Assembly: GCA_963841855.1 (NCBI GenBank)
Contig: CAWJEJ010000001.1
Coordinates: 1,042,789 to 1,106,788, forward strand
From: Rhodothermales bacterium
GTDB taxonomy: Bacteria > Bacteroidota > Rhodothermia > Rhodothermales > BA12
Length of the DNA: 64,000 nt
Direction: 5' to 3'
Position 1 is the first letter of the stretch. Each line of letters opens with the position of its first letter. The notes under the pieces were generated by a model that had not been told where the DNA came from, ran no database searches, and saw only the letters and a list, made by a program, of their open reading frames with translations. This document shows positions 46,720 through 55,585 of this stretch, piece by piece. The position numbers were made by a program, and so were the translations under genes.

Positions 46720-47377
46720 GGAGAGTCCTCGCGGGAATGTCGAAAGAACAAGACTGCGAAGATACTACGCGCCGCGCGAACCAAAGAAGAAGAGGCGCCG
46801 AGTACGATCAACTGTCGGTGAAGCTGGCGGCGCCCCGGCGATGCGGGCCCACGCGCCATGCAGCGTGCTCGTTCCAGCAGCGCTAATGCGCAGCAGTCTC
46901 TCTATGAAATCGGGCAGACATGTCTTGCCAAACCGGAGGGGTCTGGGTTACCATTCTCATAACGCTTCGGAAACATGCGTGAAGCCTCGCGGGCAGTCCC
47001 TTTTGCGACGTAGGTTCACGACCCTTTTCCGCCAATCGGCACGCCTCACCTATCCACTCGGACTGACGGGCTCGCCTGTGCATAACAGGTGGACAAGTGC
47101 GACATCCGCTCTTACGGGCCTCTGCTGCCTCGCCGCCAATTTGTTCTCTTCTGGAGCACTTTCTTTACTCATTACCCTCTAAGTTCAACAGATACATGGT
47201 TTCGCACGCACTCGCACTCGTCTTCTCCTCTGTCGCCTCTCGCATCCGGGGCGGCCAGAAGAGCGAGATTGAGCACGGCGGGTATGTGGAATCGGCTGTG
47301 GATAACGCCTCGACCTGCTGACGCACTTCTCCCCTTTTCGTCAGTAGCACCGACCACCCCGAGCGCGCCCTCATCCT
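46720..47377. other. candidate chromosomal replication origin (oriC)
   Basis: 658-nt gene-free spacer between the divergent yceD (-) and dnaA (+) genes. It is visibly AT-richer than its surroundings (for example 47130-47210 ccaatttgttctcttctggagcactttctttactcattaccctctaagttcaacagatacatgg). It holds a perfect DnaA box at 47297-47305 and degenerate boxes at 47050-47058 (ctatccact) and 47088-47096 (ggtggacaa). Confidence 0.6.
47297..47305 (-). promoter_or_regulatory. perfect DnaA box (TTATCCACA on the minus strand)
   Basis: The plus strand reads tgtggataa. It lies 73 nt upstream of the dnaA ATG. Confidence 0.7.
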
Positions 47378-49075
47378 ATGTATCAATCGGCAGAAGAAGC
47401 CTGGAAAGCCTGTCTCGACCTGATCGAGTCGAACGTGCGTCCGACGGGTTTTCGCACGTGGTTTCTCCCTACCAAAGGACACTCGCTGGAGCAGGTCGGT
47501 GAGGTGACCAAGCTCACGATCGAAGTGCCGAGCCACTTCTATTACGAGTGGATCGAGAGTCAGTATCAGCACCTGCTGCGCAAGTCGGTTCAGCACGTAC
47601 TGGGCGACGGCGGACGGCTCTACTACAAAGTGTGCGTTGCCCAGGCCGAAGATGGGCGAGCGGGAGCGACAGTCAACCTGCCGACGCAGCCGCGGCACCC
47701 GGCCTCGCACCCGCAGCAGCGCCCGATCCAGCCGCAGCAGCCGCGCCAATCGGCTCAGCCGCCGCATTTTTCGGCTCCTACCGACGACTTCCGCTCGCCG
47801 ACGCACCAGCAGCACCGCCCTCCCGCGCCCGGATACGATCAGCAGCGTCCATACCCGGATGGTAGTGGAGGCCAGCACGCCCCCTCGAACAGTCCGGCCG
47901 GCAGGCCGCAGCGCTCGTACGGCGCTCAGCCCCAACGTCCACTGGGCGACGCGCCGGTCGGCGGCGAGACCCCGCGCCTGCGCCGCAAACCCGCTCCGCC
48001 CGCGACGCCGTTCGCTCTTCCAGGCATCGAACGCCCGCGCCTGGAGCCCAATCTCAATCCTCGCTACCAACTGGACCGCTTCGTCGGCGGCGACAGCAAC
48101 GCGGTCGCTCTGTCGACGGCCCAGGCCATCGCCGACAAGCCGGGCAACACGTCGTTCAACCCGCTCCTGCTCTACGGCGGCGTCGGGCTAGGCAAGACGC
48201 ACCTGATGCAGGCGATCGGCAACCACATCTTGCAGACGCGCCCCGAACTGGTCGTCCGCTACATCACGAGCGACGATTTTACCAACGAGTTCGTAGCGGC
48301 GATTAGAGAGAACAAGGGCAACGAGTTCTCGATGACCTACCGCTCGGTCGACGTGCTTCTGGTAGACGACGTGCAGTTTTTGGCGACGCGCGAGAAGACG
48401 CAGGACGAGTTCTTCCACCTGTTCAACAAGCTCTATCAGGACGGTAAGCAGATCGTGCTCACGTCCGATCAGGCGCCGCGCGAGGTCAAAGGCGTCGAGC
48501 AGCGGCTGGTGTCGCGCTTTGCGTGGGGCGTCGTGCTCGAGGTGCGGCCGCCGGGGTTCGAGACGCGCATGGCGATCTTGCAACGCAAGGCCGAGGACGA
48601 GGGGCTGGACGTATCGCCCGAGATCATTGAGTTCATCGCGCACAACATCACCAACAACGTCCGCGAGTTGGAGGGCGCCATGATCCGCCTGCTCGCACGC
48701 GCTGGAAGCATGGGCGAGGAGCTGACGCTTCCGATGGCCAAAGAGGCGCTCCGCGACCTGATCCAAAACGCCCCGACGCACCTGACCATCGACGAGATCA
48801 TGCAGGTCGTCAGCGAGGAGACGGGCGTTTCGGTCGACCTGATGCGCGACAAGACGCGCAAGAGCGATCCCGTCAGGGCGAGGCAACTGGCGATGCATCT
48901 GTGCAAGAAATACACGTCGCACAGCCTGAAGAAAATCGGCGTCCACTTTGGCGGACGCGACCACTCGACGGTCATCCACGCGCTGCGCAAGGTCGAAGAC
49001 ACCGCCGACGTGGACCCTGACTACCGCGCCACGCTCGACGCGCTCGAACGCAAAGTCGAACTGCGGCGCCGGTGA
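47378..49075 (+). CDS. dnaA: chromosomal replication initiator DnaA
   Basis: 565 aa. N-terminal domain, a long Pro/Gln-rich linker, the AAA+ Walker A GGVGLGKTHL, and a C-terminal DNA-binding domain (...HFGGRDHSTVIHA...). Confidence 0.95.
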   Translation: MYQSAEEAWKACLDLIESNVRPTGFRTWFLPTKGHSLEQVGEVTKLTIEVPSHFYYEWIESQYQHLLRKSVQHVLGDGGRLYYKVCVAQAEDGRAGATVNLPTQPRHPASHPQQRPIQPQQPRQSAQPPHFSAPTDDFRSPTHQQHRPPAPGYDQQRPYPDGSGGQHAPSNSPAGRPQRSYGAQPQRPLGDAPVGGETPRLRRKPAPPATPFALPGIERPRLEPNLNPRYQLDRFVGGDSNAVALSTAQAIADKPGNTSFNPLLLYGGVGLGKTHLMQAIGNHILQTRPELVVRYITSDDFTNEFVAAIRENKGNEFSMTYRSVDVLLVDDVQFLATREKTQDEFFHLFNKLYQDGKQIVLTSDQAPREVKGVEQRLVSRFAWGVVLEVRPPGFETRMAILQRKAEDEGLDVSPEIIEFIAHNITNNVRELEGAMIRLLARAGSMGEELTLPMAKEALRDLIQNAPTHLTIDEIMQVVSEETGVSVDLMRDKTRKSDPVRARQLAMHLCKKYTSHSLKKIGVHFGGRDHSTVIHALRKVEDTADVDPDYRATLDALERKVELRRR

Positions 49076-49124
49076 GCCGAGCGCTTCGACTTACAAGCCA
49101 TCGCCTCTCCCGTTCAACCGTCAT

Positions 49125-49165
49125 TGCTGCCTACGACACGCGTGTCGCAGGCAGCAGTCCACAAC
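49125..49165 (-). repeat. REP-like element, C type, in the dnaA-dnaN spacer
   Basis: tgctgcctacgacacgcgtgtcgcaggcagcagtccacaac. Confidence 0.65.
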
Positions 49166-49394
49166 TGTTTTCAGAGTGCGATCCCACAAGAGCGTAGCTG
49201 CGCTATCGCAGTCCGACGGTCAACTCAGATTGCCACGTCGCTTCGCTTCTCGCACTGACTAAGGAGGAGAGGCTGAACCCGATTCATTACCTGAGCCGCC
49301 ACCAAGCTCTCAAACTACGCCGCGCGAAACTCCTCACGCCGCTCATTCGTCGTTACCGACACCGCCTCCACTACGCCGCCGCACCCGCACGCTC

Positions 49395-50519
49395 ATGACT
49401 TTTTCCGCTTCCAGCGCCGACCTGCTGCGCGCCCTCACCACCGTCGGCGGCGCACTCTCGGGCAAGCCGACCATGCCGATCCTCGAATCGATCCTGTTCG
49501 AGCGCGACGAAAACGATTTGCGCCTGAGCGCGACCGACCTCGAGATCTCCATCGTCCAGTCGATCCCGGTCGATTTCGACGGTGAAGAAGGTCCGGCGCG
49601 GATCGCGGTCCCAGCCCGGCGCCTGCTCGACACGCTACGCGCGCTGCCCGATCTGCCGATCACGTTTGCGGTCGCGGCCGACTTCGGCGTGACGATCCGG
49701 ACGGATCAGGGCCGCTACAAAATGGCCGGATTCGACGGCGGCGACTATCCCGAGATTCCGCGCGTCGAAGGCGAGAACAGCGTCAAGACCGAAGGTGAGC
49801 TGATCAAGCGCGCCATTCAGAAGGCCAGCTTCGCCGTCAGCAAGGACGCGCTCCGCCCCGCCATGATGGGCATCTACTTCCAGATCGGATCGGATGGCGG
49901 AAAGGCCGTCGCGACGGACGGGCACCGGCTTGTTCGCTTGAACATGGAAGACCTGAAGGCCGACGAGCAGACGGACTTCATCGTCCCCGAAAAGGCGCTG
50001 AGCCTGACCGCGCGCGTCGCCAGCGACGGGCCGTGCACGCTCAGCGTATCGGGCGGGTACGTCGGCTTCACGTTCGAGAACGCGCGCGTCGTCGCTCGCA
50101 TGATCGAAGAGTCGTATCCCAACTACCAGGCCGTCATCCCGATGGAAAACGACCGCACGGCGACGGTCAACCGCCAGAGCCTGCTGGCCGCCGTCAAGCG
50201 CGTCGGCCTTTACGCCTCGGCGACGCTCAAGCAGCTCCGGTTGTCGCTGTCGACTGACCAGATAGAAGTCGCCGCCGAAGACGTGGACCGGTCGAGCGAG
50301 GCTAAGGAAACCGTGCTGGCCGACTTCAGTGGCGAAGAGATGACGATCGGCTTCAATGCCGATTACCTGACCGAAGTCTTGAGCAACGTCGACGCCGAGG
50401 ACGTGGTGATCGCGCTCTCGTCGCCCAACCGCGCCGCCATCGTGACGCCGGGCGAGCAGCACGCCGGAGAGGATCTGCTGATGCTGATCATGCCGGTCAT
50501 GCTCAACACGTACGCCTGA
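49395..50519 (+). CDS. dnaN: DNA polymerase III beta sliding clamp
   Basis: 374 aa, follows dnaA, with the typical start MTFSASSADLLRAL...KPTMPILESILFE and the end ...LLMLIMPVML. Confidence 0.9.
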   Translation: MTFSASSADLLRALTTVGGALSGKPTMPILESILFERDENDLRLSATDLEISIVQSIPVDFDGEEGPARIAVPARRLLDTLRALPDLPITFAVAADFGVTIRTDQGRYKMAGFDGGDYPEIPRVEGENSVKTEGELIKRAIQKASFAVSKDALRPAMMGIYFQIGSDGGKAVATDGHRLVRLNMEDLKADEQTDFIVPEKALSLTARVASDGPCTLSVSGGYVGFTFENARVVARMIEESYPNYQAVIPMENDRTATVNRQSLLAAVKRVGLYASATLKQLRLSLSTDQIEVAAEDVDRSSEAKETVLADFSGEEMTIGFNADYLTEVLSNVDAEDVVIALSSPNRAAIVTPGEQHAGEDLLMLIMPVMLNTYA

Positions 50520-50543
50520 GCCAGCCGCTCCATCACGTTCCAG

Positions 50544-50577
50544 ACGGGAGAGTCGACCAGTTCGACTCTCCCGTTTT
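50544..50577 (+). terminator. intrinsic terminator after dnaN
   Basis: 13-bp stem acgggagagtcga / tcgactctcccgt with loop ccagt, followed by a T run (gtttt). Confidence 0.75.
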
Positions 50578-50747
50578 CCGTTCGGCCAAGATCAGGGAGT
50601 CGCCGCCCGCCGCAGCGGCGCAGCGTGCGGCGCCGACAGTGCCCGATCCAGTTCGCAACGCTTCGCACGCCCAGCCGACACGGTTCGCACATTGCGCGGT
50701 TTAAGCCGCGCCGCCGCCCCGCCGATACGTGAGACAGACAGAGGCCA

Positions 50748-51488
50748 ATGGCTTTCCCTTCTCGCATGGCATCCAAGGAAGAACCCAAGATCGAAGAACT
50801 CACCGCCCCCTTTTGGATGGCGACGTTCTCGGACATGGTGACGCTGCTGCTGACGTTTTTCGTCATGCTCGTGGCGATGTCCGAGGTCAAAGTCGAGAAG
50901 TTCAAGGAAGCGCTGAGCTACTTCCAGGGCCGGACGGGCGTGATGATGTTCGAGTCGTCGGTGCCCCAGGTGGAGCCGCCCTCGAAGACGCAGCCGCCGC
51001 GCGAGAGCACGGATAGAGCCAGCGTCGAGATGGCGCAGCGCTACGAGGAACTGCTCGACTACATCGCCGCCAATGACTTGGCGGGCTTAGTCAACGCCGA
51101 TCTGACCGAGGACGGCATGCACTTCGTCATCAACGACGCGGCGATGTTCAGCCCAGGACAGGCCGACATCATCGAACCGTCTCGCACGCTGCTTCGCCTG
51201 ATCTCGAACCTGCTCACCGACGACGTGCAGGCCGTCGTCGTCGAAGGCCACACCGACGACCGTCCGATCCGCACGCCGCGCTATCCCAGCAACTGGGAGC
51301 TGTCGACGGCGCGCGCTTCGTCGGTCGTTCGCCTGCTGCTCGATTCACCCAGCGCCCTGCCCCCCCAGCGCTATACTCCGCTCGGCATGGCCGAGCATCA
51401 CCCAATAGATTCCAACGACACCGCGGACGGCCGAGGCCGCAACCGACGCGTCGAAATCTTTTTCCGCTGGACTAAATGGCAGACGTAA
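50748..51488 (+). CDS. MotB-like flagellar stator / OmpA-family protein
   Basis: N-terminal plug/TM segment APFWMATFSDMVTLLLTFFVMLVAMS. C-terminal OmpA-like peptidoglycan-binding motifs VVEGHTDDRPI, NWELSTARASSV and NRRVEIFF. It overlaps the fliL start. No motA is in the window. Confidence 0.75.
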   Translation: MAFPSRMASKEEPKIEELTAPFWMATFSDMVTLLLTFFVMLVAMSEVKVEKFKEALSYFQGRTGVMMFESSVPQVEPPSKTQPPRESTDRASVEMAQRYEELLDYIAANDLAGLVNADLTEDGMHFVINDAAMFSPGQADIIEPSRTLLRLISNLLTDDVQAVVVEGHTDDRPIRTPRYPSNWELSTARASSVVRLLLDSPSALPPQRYTPLGMAEHHPIDSNDTADGRGRNRRVEIFFRWTKWQT

Positions 51489-52024
51489 CCGAAACTCCCA
51501 CACCCAAGCGCAAAGTCGGCTTGGCCGCCATCCTGATCCCCATCGCCGTGTTGTCGGTGTGTGGCGGAGCGCTGTTCTCGTTTTCGCAGTACGCCGTCGT
51601 CTCGCGCGTCGTCGCTACGGCCACCGGTGTACCTGTCCAGAACGCATCGGCGCCTGCCGGGGACGACGAGGCCGCAGGCGACGCAGAGCCCGAGGCCGAA
51701 GAGCCGGGCGAGGCGACCGAGTTCGGCGTCTTTCACGAGATCACGGGCATGACGATCAACCCGGCGGGCACGGGCGGATCGCGCTACCTGCTCGTCAACG
51801 TCGCCCTCGAAGCCCAGGACGAGAAGACGATCGCCCAGATCGCCGAGCGCGAGTTCGTCGTCCGCGACGCGATGCTGGCCGTGATGGGAAGCAAAACCGT
51901 CCCCCAGCTCGCCGACATCGCCCAGCGCGCCGCCCTCAAGGACACGCTGCGGAAGGAGATCAACAAGGTGATCGACGCGGGCAAGGTGGAGCGCTTCTAT
52001 TTCACGCAGTACGTAATGCAGTGA
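51476..52024 (+). CDS. fliL: flagellar basal-body-associated protein FliL
   Basis: 182 aa with a single TM helix (LAAILIPIAVLSVCGGALF) and a C-terminal FliL-like region (FHEITGMTINPAG..RYLLVNVALE...FYFTQYVMQ). Confidence 0.75.
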   Translation: MADVTETPTPKRKVGLAAILIPIAVLSVCGGALFSFSQYAVVSRVVATATGVPVQNASAPAGDDEAAGDAEPEAEEPGEATEFGVFHEITGMTINPAGTGGSRYLLVNVALEAQDEKTIAQIAEREFVVRDAMLAVMGSKTVPQLADIAQRAALKDTLRKEINKVIDAGKVERFYFTQYVMQ

Positions 52025-52029
52025 GTGGG

Positions 52030-52500
52030 AAGGAGCCAACCGCGTCCCAAGGCGCAGGCCGCTGGTCCTGACTCCAAACCGTCCAACTGTCACCGGAAGC
52101 GCAGCGACGTGGCGATGGCAGGTGGCGAGGCACGCAGCGGCGTTCTGCTCTCTGCATCGACGGTCGGCGGGGTTGGGCGGTAAGGCATTGCGTCACCGCG
52201 TCAGGGCGGGTCCGTTCTACTTCACGTCCCCCATGCTCACTCTTCTCCCGCGTCGTTCCTGTCGAGGCAGAAATCCATAACCGCTTCCCAAGCCAGAAGA
52301 TGCCTCTGACCCGTCCTAGTACTGCGACCACGTCAGAGTGACAGGGCGACTCACAGCTTTGCTCAATCACTGCGAGCGAAACGCGACGCACTCGGCCTAG
52401 CGACTAGTGGAGACCGCCACGCTTCGCTCGCGATGACCAAGTGGAGACTTGGAGCAGCCTGTCAGAGTCAGCAGGTCGCAGTACTAGTCGACCATACGGT
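52030..52500. repeat. gene-free block packed with nested REP-like repeats (D- and C-type fragments plus a long imperfect palindrome)
   Basis: 52088-52120 ctgtcaccggaagcgcagcgacgtggcgatggc is D-like. Around 52258 ttcctgtcgaggcagaaatccataac is C-like. ctagtactgcgacc (~52318) pairs with ggtcgcagtactag (~52475). These enclose the inverted D-like halves cactgcgagcgaaacg and cgcttcgctcgcgatg. Confidence 0.55.
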
Positions 52501-52542
52501 TAGCCGGTAAGTCGATCGCGTTTTGAGAATGTGCCGCCTCGG

Positions 52543-53331
52543 TCACCGCGTCGCCGTCATGTGGAAGACGGGCTGGCGCTGCTCGTAGGTCACCATCACG
52601 TCGCCCTCGTTTTGCAACGCGGTCAGGACGCGGCCTAGATCGCCCTTGAGTTCGAGCGCCATGCGGCCACCGGCCAGGTCGAGGGCCATGCGCGTCAGCC
52701 GCTCGTCGTCCGAGCCAGGATCGACGCCCTGGATGGTCATCGGCGCGCGGAAGCTGGCGTAGGTCACGTCGACGGTCGTGCCGAACTGGTGCGTCGTCTC
52801 GCGCGCGGCGTTGCGGTTGACCCGGCGCAGACGCTCCTGATCGTCGCCGGTGCGCAGGGCCGACGTGATCTCCATGCGCATCGGAGGCACGCCGCGCTCG
52901 GCCAGTCGGTCGTGGAAGCGGCGCCCGATCTCGACCAGCAACTCGTAGGCGGCGGGCGTCACCAGAGGCGTCGAGTAGTCCATCTCGCGCACGACCCACC
53001 ACGTCGTGTCGGTCAACTCGACCAGCCGCCCACTGGCGACGAGCGTCCGACGCGCGTCCGTATCGACGGGCTGCGGCACGCCCCTGGCGCGGGCGACTTG
53101 GAGTTGGGCGGCGTTGCGGTGCTTCTGGAGGTTGCGAATCTGCGGCGGCGTGAGCAGCGAGACCGGGCGCAGAGCTTCCTCGACTTGGCGCGCGCGCTCC
53201 ATCGCAGCGTCGATCGACTCGGTCATCGTCGGACCGGCTGGGGCGACTGCTGCCGGTGGGGCGACAGACGGCGGCGCTTCGGGTGCGCAGGCGGTCAGAG
53301 CCAGTAGAGCAAAAACGGAGAGGCGGAGCAT
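52543..53331 (-). CDS. lipoprotein of unknown function (from memory it resembles the Bacteroidota DUF5715 / M15-fold-like family; unverified)
   Basis: Probable start MLRLSVFALLALTACAP with a lipobox Cys; the track ORF extends to 53361. It has a conserved-looking core ...EITSALRTGDDQERLRRVNRNAARETTHQFGTTVDVTY. Confidence 0.55.
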   Translation of the reverse strand: MLRLSVFALLALTACAPEAPPSVAPPAAVAPAGPTMTESIDAAMERARQVEEALRPVSLLTPPQIRNLQKHRNAAQLQVARARGVPQPVDTDARRTLVASGRLVELTDTTWWVVREMDYSTPLVTPAAYELLVEIGRRFHDRLAERGVPPMRMEITSALRTGDDQERLRRVNRNAARETTHQFGTTVDVTYASFRAPMTIQGVDPGSDDERLTRMALDLAGGRMALELKGDLGRVLTALQNEGDVMVTYEQRQPVFHMTATR

Positions 53332-53370
53332 GGGCGGCGGGGCAGGCGAGCCGACGAGCATGCCGGTTCA

Positions 53371-53403
53371 AAACATGACATGTCCGGCAGACATGTCATG
53401 TTT
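53371..53403. promoter_or_regulatory. perfect 14+14 palindrome in a divergent promoter region; candidate operator
   Basis: aaacatgacatgtc-cggca-gacatgtcatgttt lies between the minus-strand lipoprotein gene and the plus-strand permease gene. It is AT-rich for this genome and is related to 10801-10834. Confidence 0.45.
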
Positions 53404-53470
53404 CCACGCTTGGGTCTGCGCACTTCCCTACAGCTGCGGCCCTAGATTCAGGCTCCTAATCTGCCTGCCT

Positions 53471-55585
53471 GTGTCCTCGACCAAACTCAAGAAAGAACTG
53501 ACGCTGTTCGACGTCTATGCCATCAGCACGGGTGCGATGTTCAGTTCGGGCTTCTTCCTGCTGCCCGGACTGGCGACGGCCAAAGCGGGGCCCGCCGCCG
53601 TCCTCGCCTACCTGCTGGCGGGCATCCTCATCCTACCGGCGATGTTCAGCCAGGCCGAGTTGTCGACGGCGATGCCCAAGGCGGGCGGCACCTACTACTT
53701 CCTCGACCGCAGCCTGGGACCGCTGGCGGGGACCGTCGGCGGGCTGGGCACGTGGCTCGCCTTAGTGCTCAAGAGCGCGTTCGCGCTGATCGGCATGGGC
53801 GCCTACCTCTACTACCTCGTCGACGTGCCGATCAAGCCGCTGGCGGCCGGGCTGACGGTCGCTTTTGCGGTTCTCAACATCGTCGGCGCCAAAGAGACGA
53901 GCAGCCTTCAGCGGATTCTGGTGGCGATCTTGGTCGGCGTGCTGATGTTCTTCGTCGTCCAGGGATTGGTCGAGGTCGTCTCGCTGGGCTCGGCCAACGT
54001 CGAGCGGCAGTTCACGCCCTTCGCCCCGTTCGGCGGCGGAAGCCTGATCGCGACGATCGGATTGGTCTTCGTCAGCTATGCTGGGCTGACCAAAGTGGCC
54101 AGCGTCGCCGAAGAGGTGCAAAACCCGGATCGCAACATCCCACTGGGGATGATCCTCTCGCTCGTCACGGCGACGGCTCTCTACGTCGTCGGCGTGTTCA
54201 TCCTCGTCGCCGTCCTCGACTCGGACGAACTGCGCAGCGACCTGACGCCCATCGCGACGGCAGCCGAAAGCTTCTTCACGTGGCTGCCCGGGCAATGGGG
54301 CCTCTACCTCATCGTGATCGCCGCGATCGCAGCCTTCGCGTCGACTGGAAACGCGGGCATCCTGTCGGCGAGTCGCTATCCGATGGCGATGGCGCGCGAC
54401 CTGCTCGTCACGCCCCGACTGGCCGTTTTGGGCAAGAGCGGCACGCCGACGCTGGCGATCGTCGTGACGGCGCTGCTGATGATCGTCGCCATCGTCGCGC
54501 TCGACGTGGAGAGCCTGGCCAAGCTGGCGAGCGCGTTTCAACTGGTGATTTTCGCCCTGGTCAACGTCGCGGTCTTGGTGATGCGCGAGAGTCACATTCC
54601 GTCGTACGTGCCCGGCTACCGCAGCCCCTGGTATCCGTGGATGCAGATCGCGGGCATCGTCGCGCCGATCGTGCTAATCACGCAGATGGGCGCGTTGGCG
54701 CTGGGGCTGACCGGACTGACGATTGGGTTGAGCTTGGCGTGGTACGCCTATTACGTCCAGCCCAACCCGCGCGTCGAGCGCGAGGGCGCTATCTACCACC
54801 TGTTCGCCCGCCTGGGGCAGCACCGCTACGATCCGCTCGACGAAGAACTGCGAACGATTTTGAAAGACAAGGAGATGTCGGACTTCGTGCCGTTCGAAAC
54901 TCTGGTCACCCAATCGGTCGTGATCGACGCCAAGGCGGGGCGCGACTACGAATCCGTCGTGCGCGAGGCGGCGCTCCGGTTGGCCGAGCGGATGGGGACG
55001 GACCCCGACGCGCTGGCCGAAGGGTTGCTTCACGGCGCGCGCTTCGGCGCCACTCCGGTCGTGCGCGGCGCGGCGCTGCCCCATCAGCGCCTGCCTGGAC
55101 TCGACCGTCCCTACCTCGGCCTCGTCCGCAGCCGCGATGGGCTCAACGCGCCCGCCTACGACCTCGACGTGACCGACGGCGATCCGACGATGGGCAAGGT
55201 ATTCGCCGTCTTCGTGCTCGTCAGCCCGGCCGAGCCGCCGGGGCAGCACCTGCGCACGCTGGCGGCCTTGGCCAGCCGGATCGACGAGGACGGCTTCCTC
55301 GACGCGTGGCGCACGGCGCCCAACAAGCAGGCCATTCGGGAAACCCTCGTCACCAACGACCGCTATCTCACGCTCATCCTCGATCCCAACGGAACGACGG
55401 CGAGCTTCATCGGTCGACGGTTGCACGAGTTGCGTCTTCCTCACGGCGTGCTCGTCGCCTTGGTCCACCGCGACGGGCAGTCGGTCGTGCCGTCGGGTAG
55501 TACGCTGCTCGAACCGGGCGACCGCCTGACCATCATCGGCGAGACCGACGGCGTCCGCGAACTCCTCGACCGCTTCTCGTCATGA
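53471..55585 (+). CDS. APC-superfamily amino-acid/cation permease fused to cytoplasmic regulatory domains (EIIA-like and TrkA-C/RCK_C-like)
   Basis: GTG start proposed at 53471 (MSSTKLKKELTLFDVYAISTGAMFSSGFFLLPG...). The upstream part of track ORF 53006-55585 overlaps the divergent gene. It has about 12 hydrophobic segments, then ...GAALPHQRLPGL... and the C-terminal LEPGDRLTIIGETDGVRELLDRF, which is typical of TrkA-C. Confidence 0.7.
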   Translation: MSSTKLKKELTLFDVYAISTGAMFSSGFFLLPGLATAKAGPAAVLAYLLAGILILPAMFSQAELSTAMPKAGGTYYFLDRSLGPLAGTVGGLGTWLALVLKSAFALIGMGAYLYYLVDVPIKPLAAGLTVAFAVLNIVGAKETSSLQRILVAILVGVLMFFVVQGLVEVVSLGSANVERQFTPFAPFGGGSLIATIGLVFVSYAGLTKVASVAEEVQNPDRNIPLGMILSLVTATALYVVGVFILVAVLDSDELRSDLTPIATAAESFFTWLPGQWGLYLIVIAAIAAFASTGNAGILSASRYPMAMARDLLVTPRLAVLGKSGTPTLAIVVTALLMIVAIVALDVESLAKLASAFQLVIFALVNVAVLVMRESHIPSYVPGYRSPWYPWMQIAGIVAPIVLITQMGALALGLTGLTIGLSLAWYAYYVQPNPRVEREGAIYHLFARLGQHRYDPLDEELRTILKDKEMSDFVPFETLVTQSVVIDAKAGRDYESVVREAALRLAERMGTDPDALAEGLLHGARFGATPVVRGAALPHQRLPGLDRPYLGLVRSRDGLNAPAYDLDVTDGDPTMGKVFAVFVLVSPAEPPGQHLRTLAALASRIDEDGFLDAWRTAPNKQAIRETLVTNDRYLTLILDPNGTTASFIGRRLHELRLPHGVLVALVHRDGQSVVPSGSTLLEPGDRLTIIGETDGVRELLDRFSS

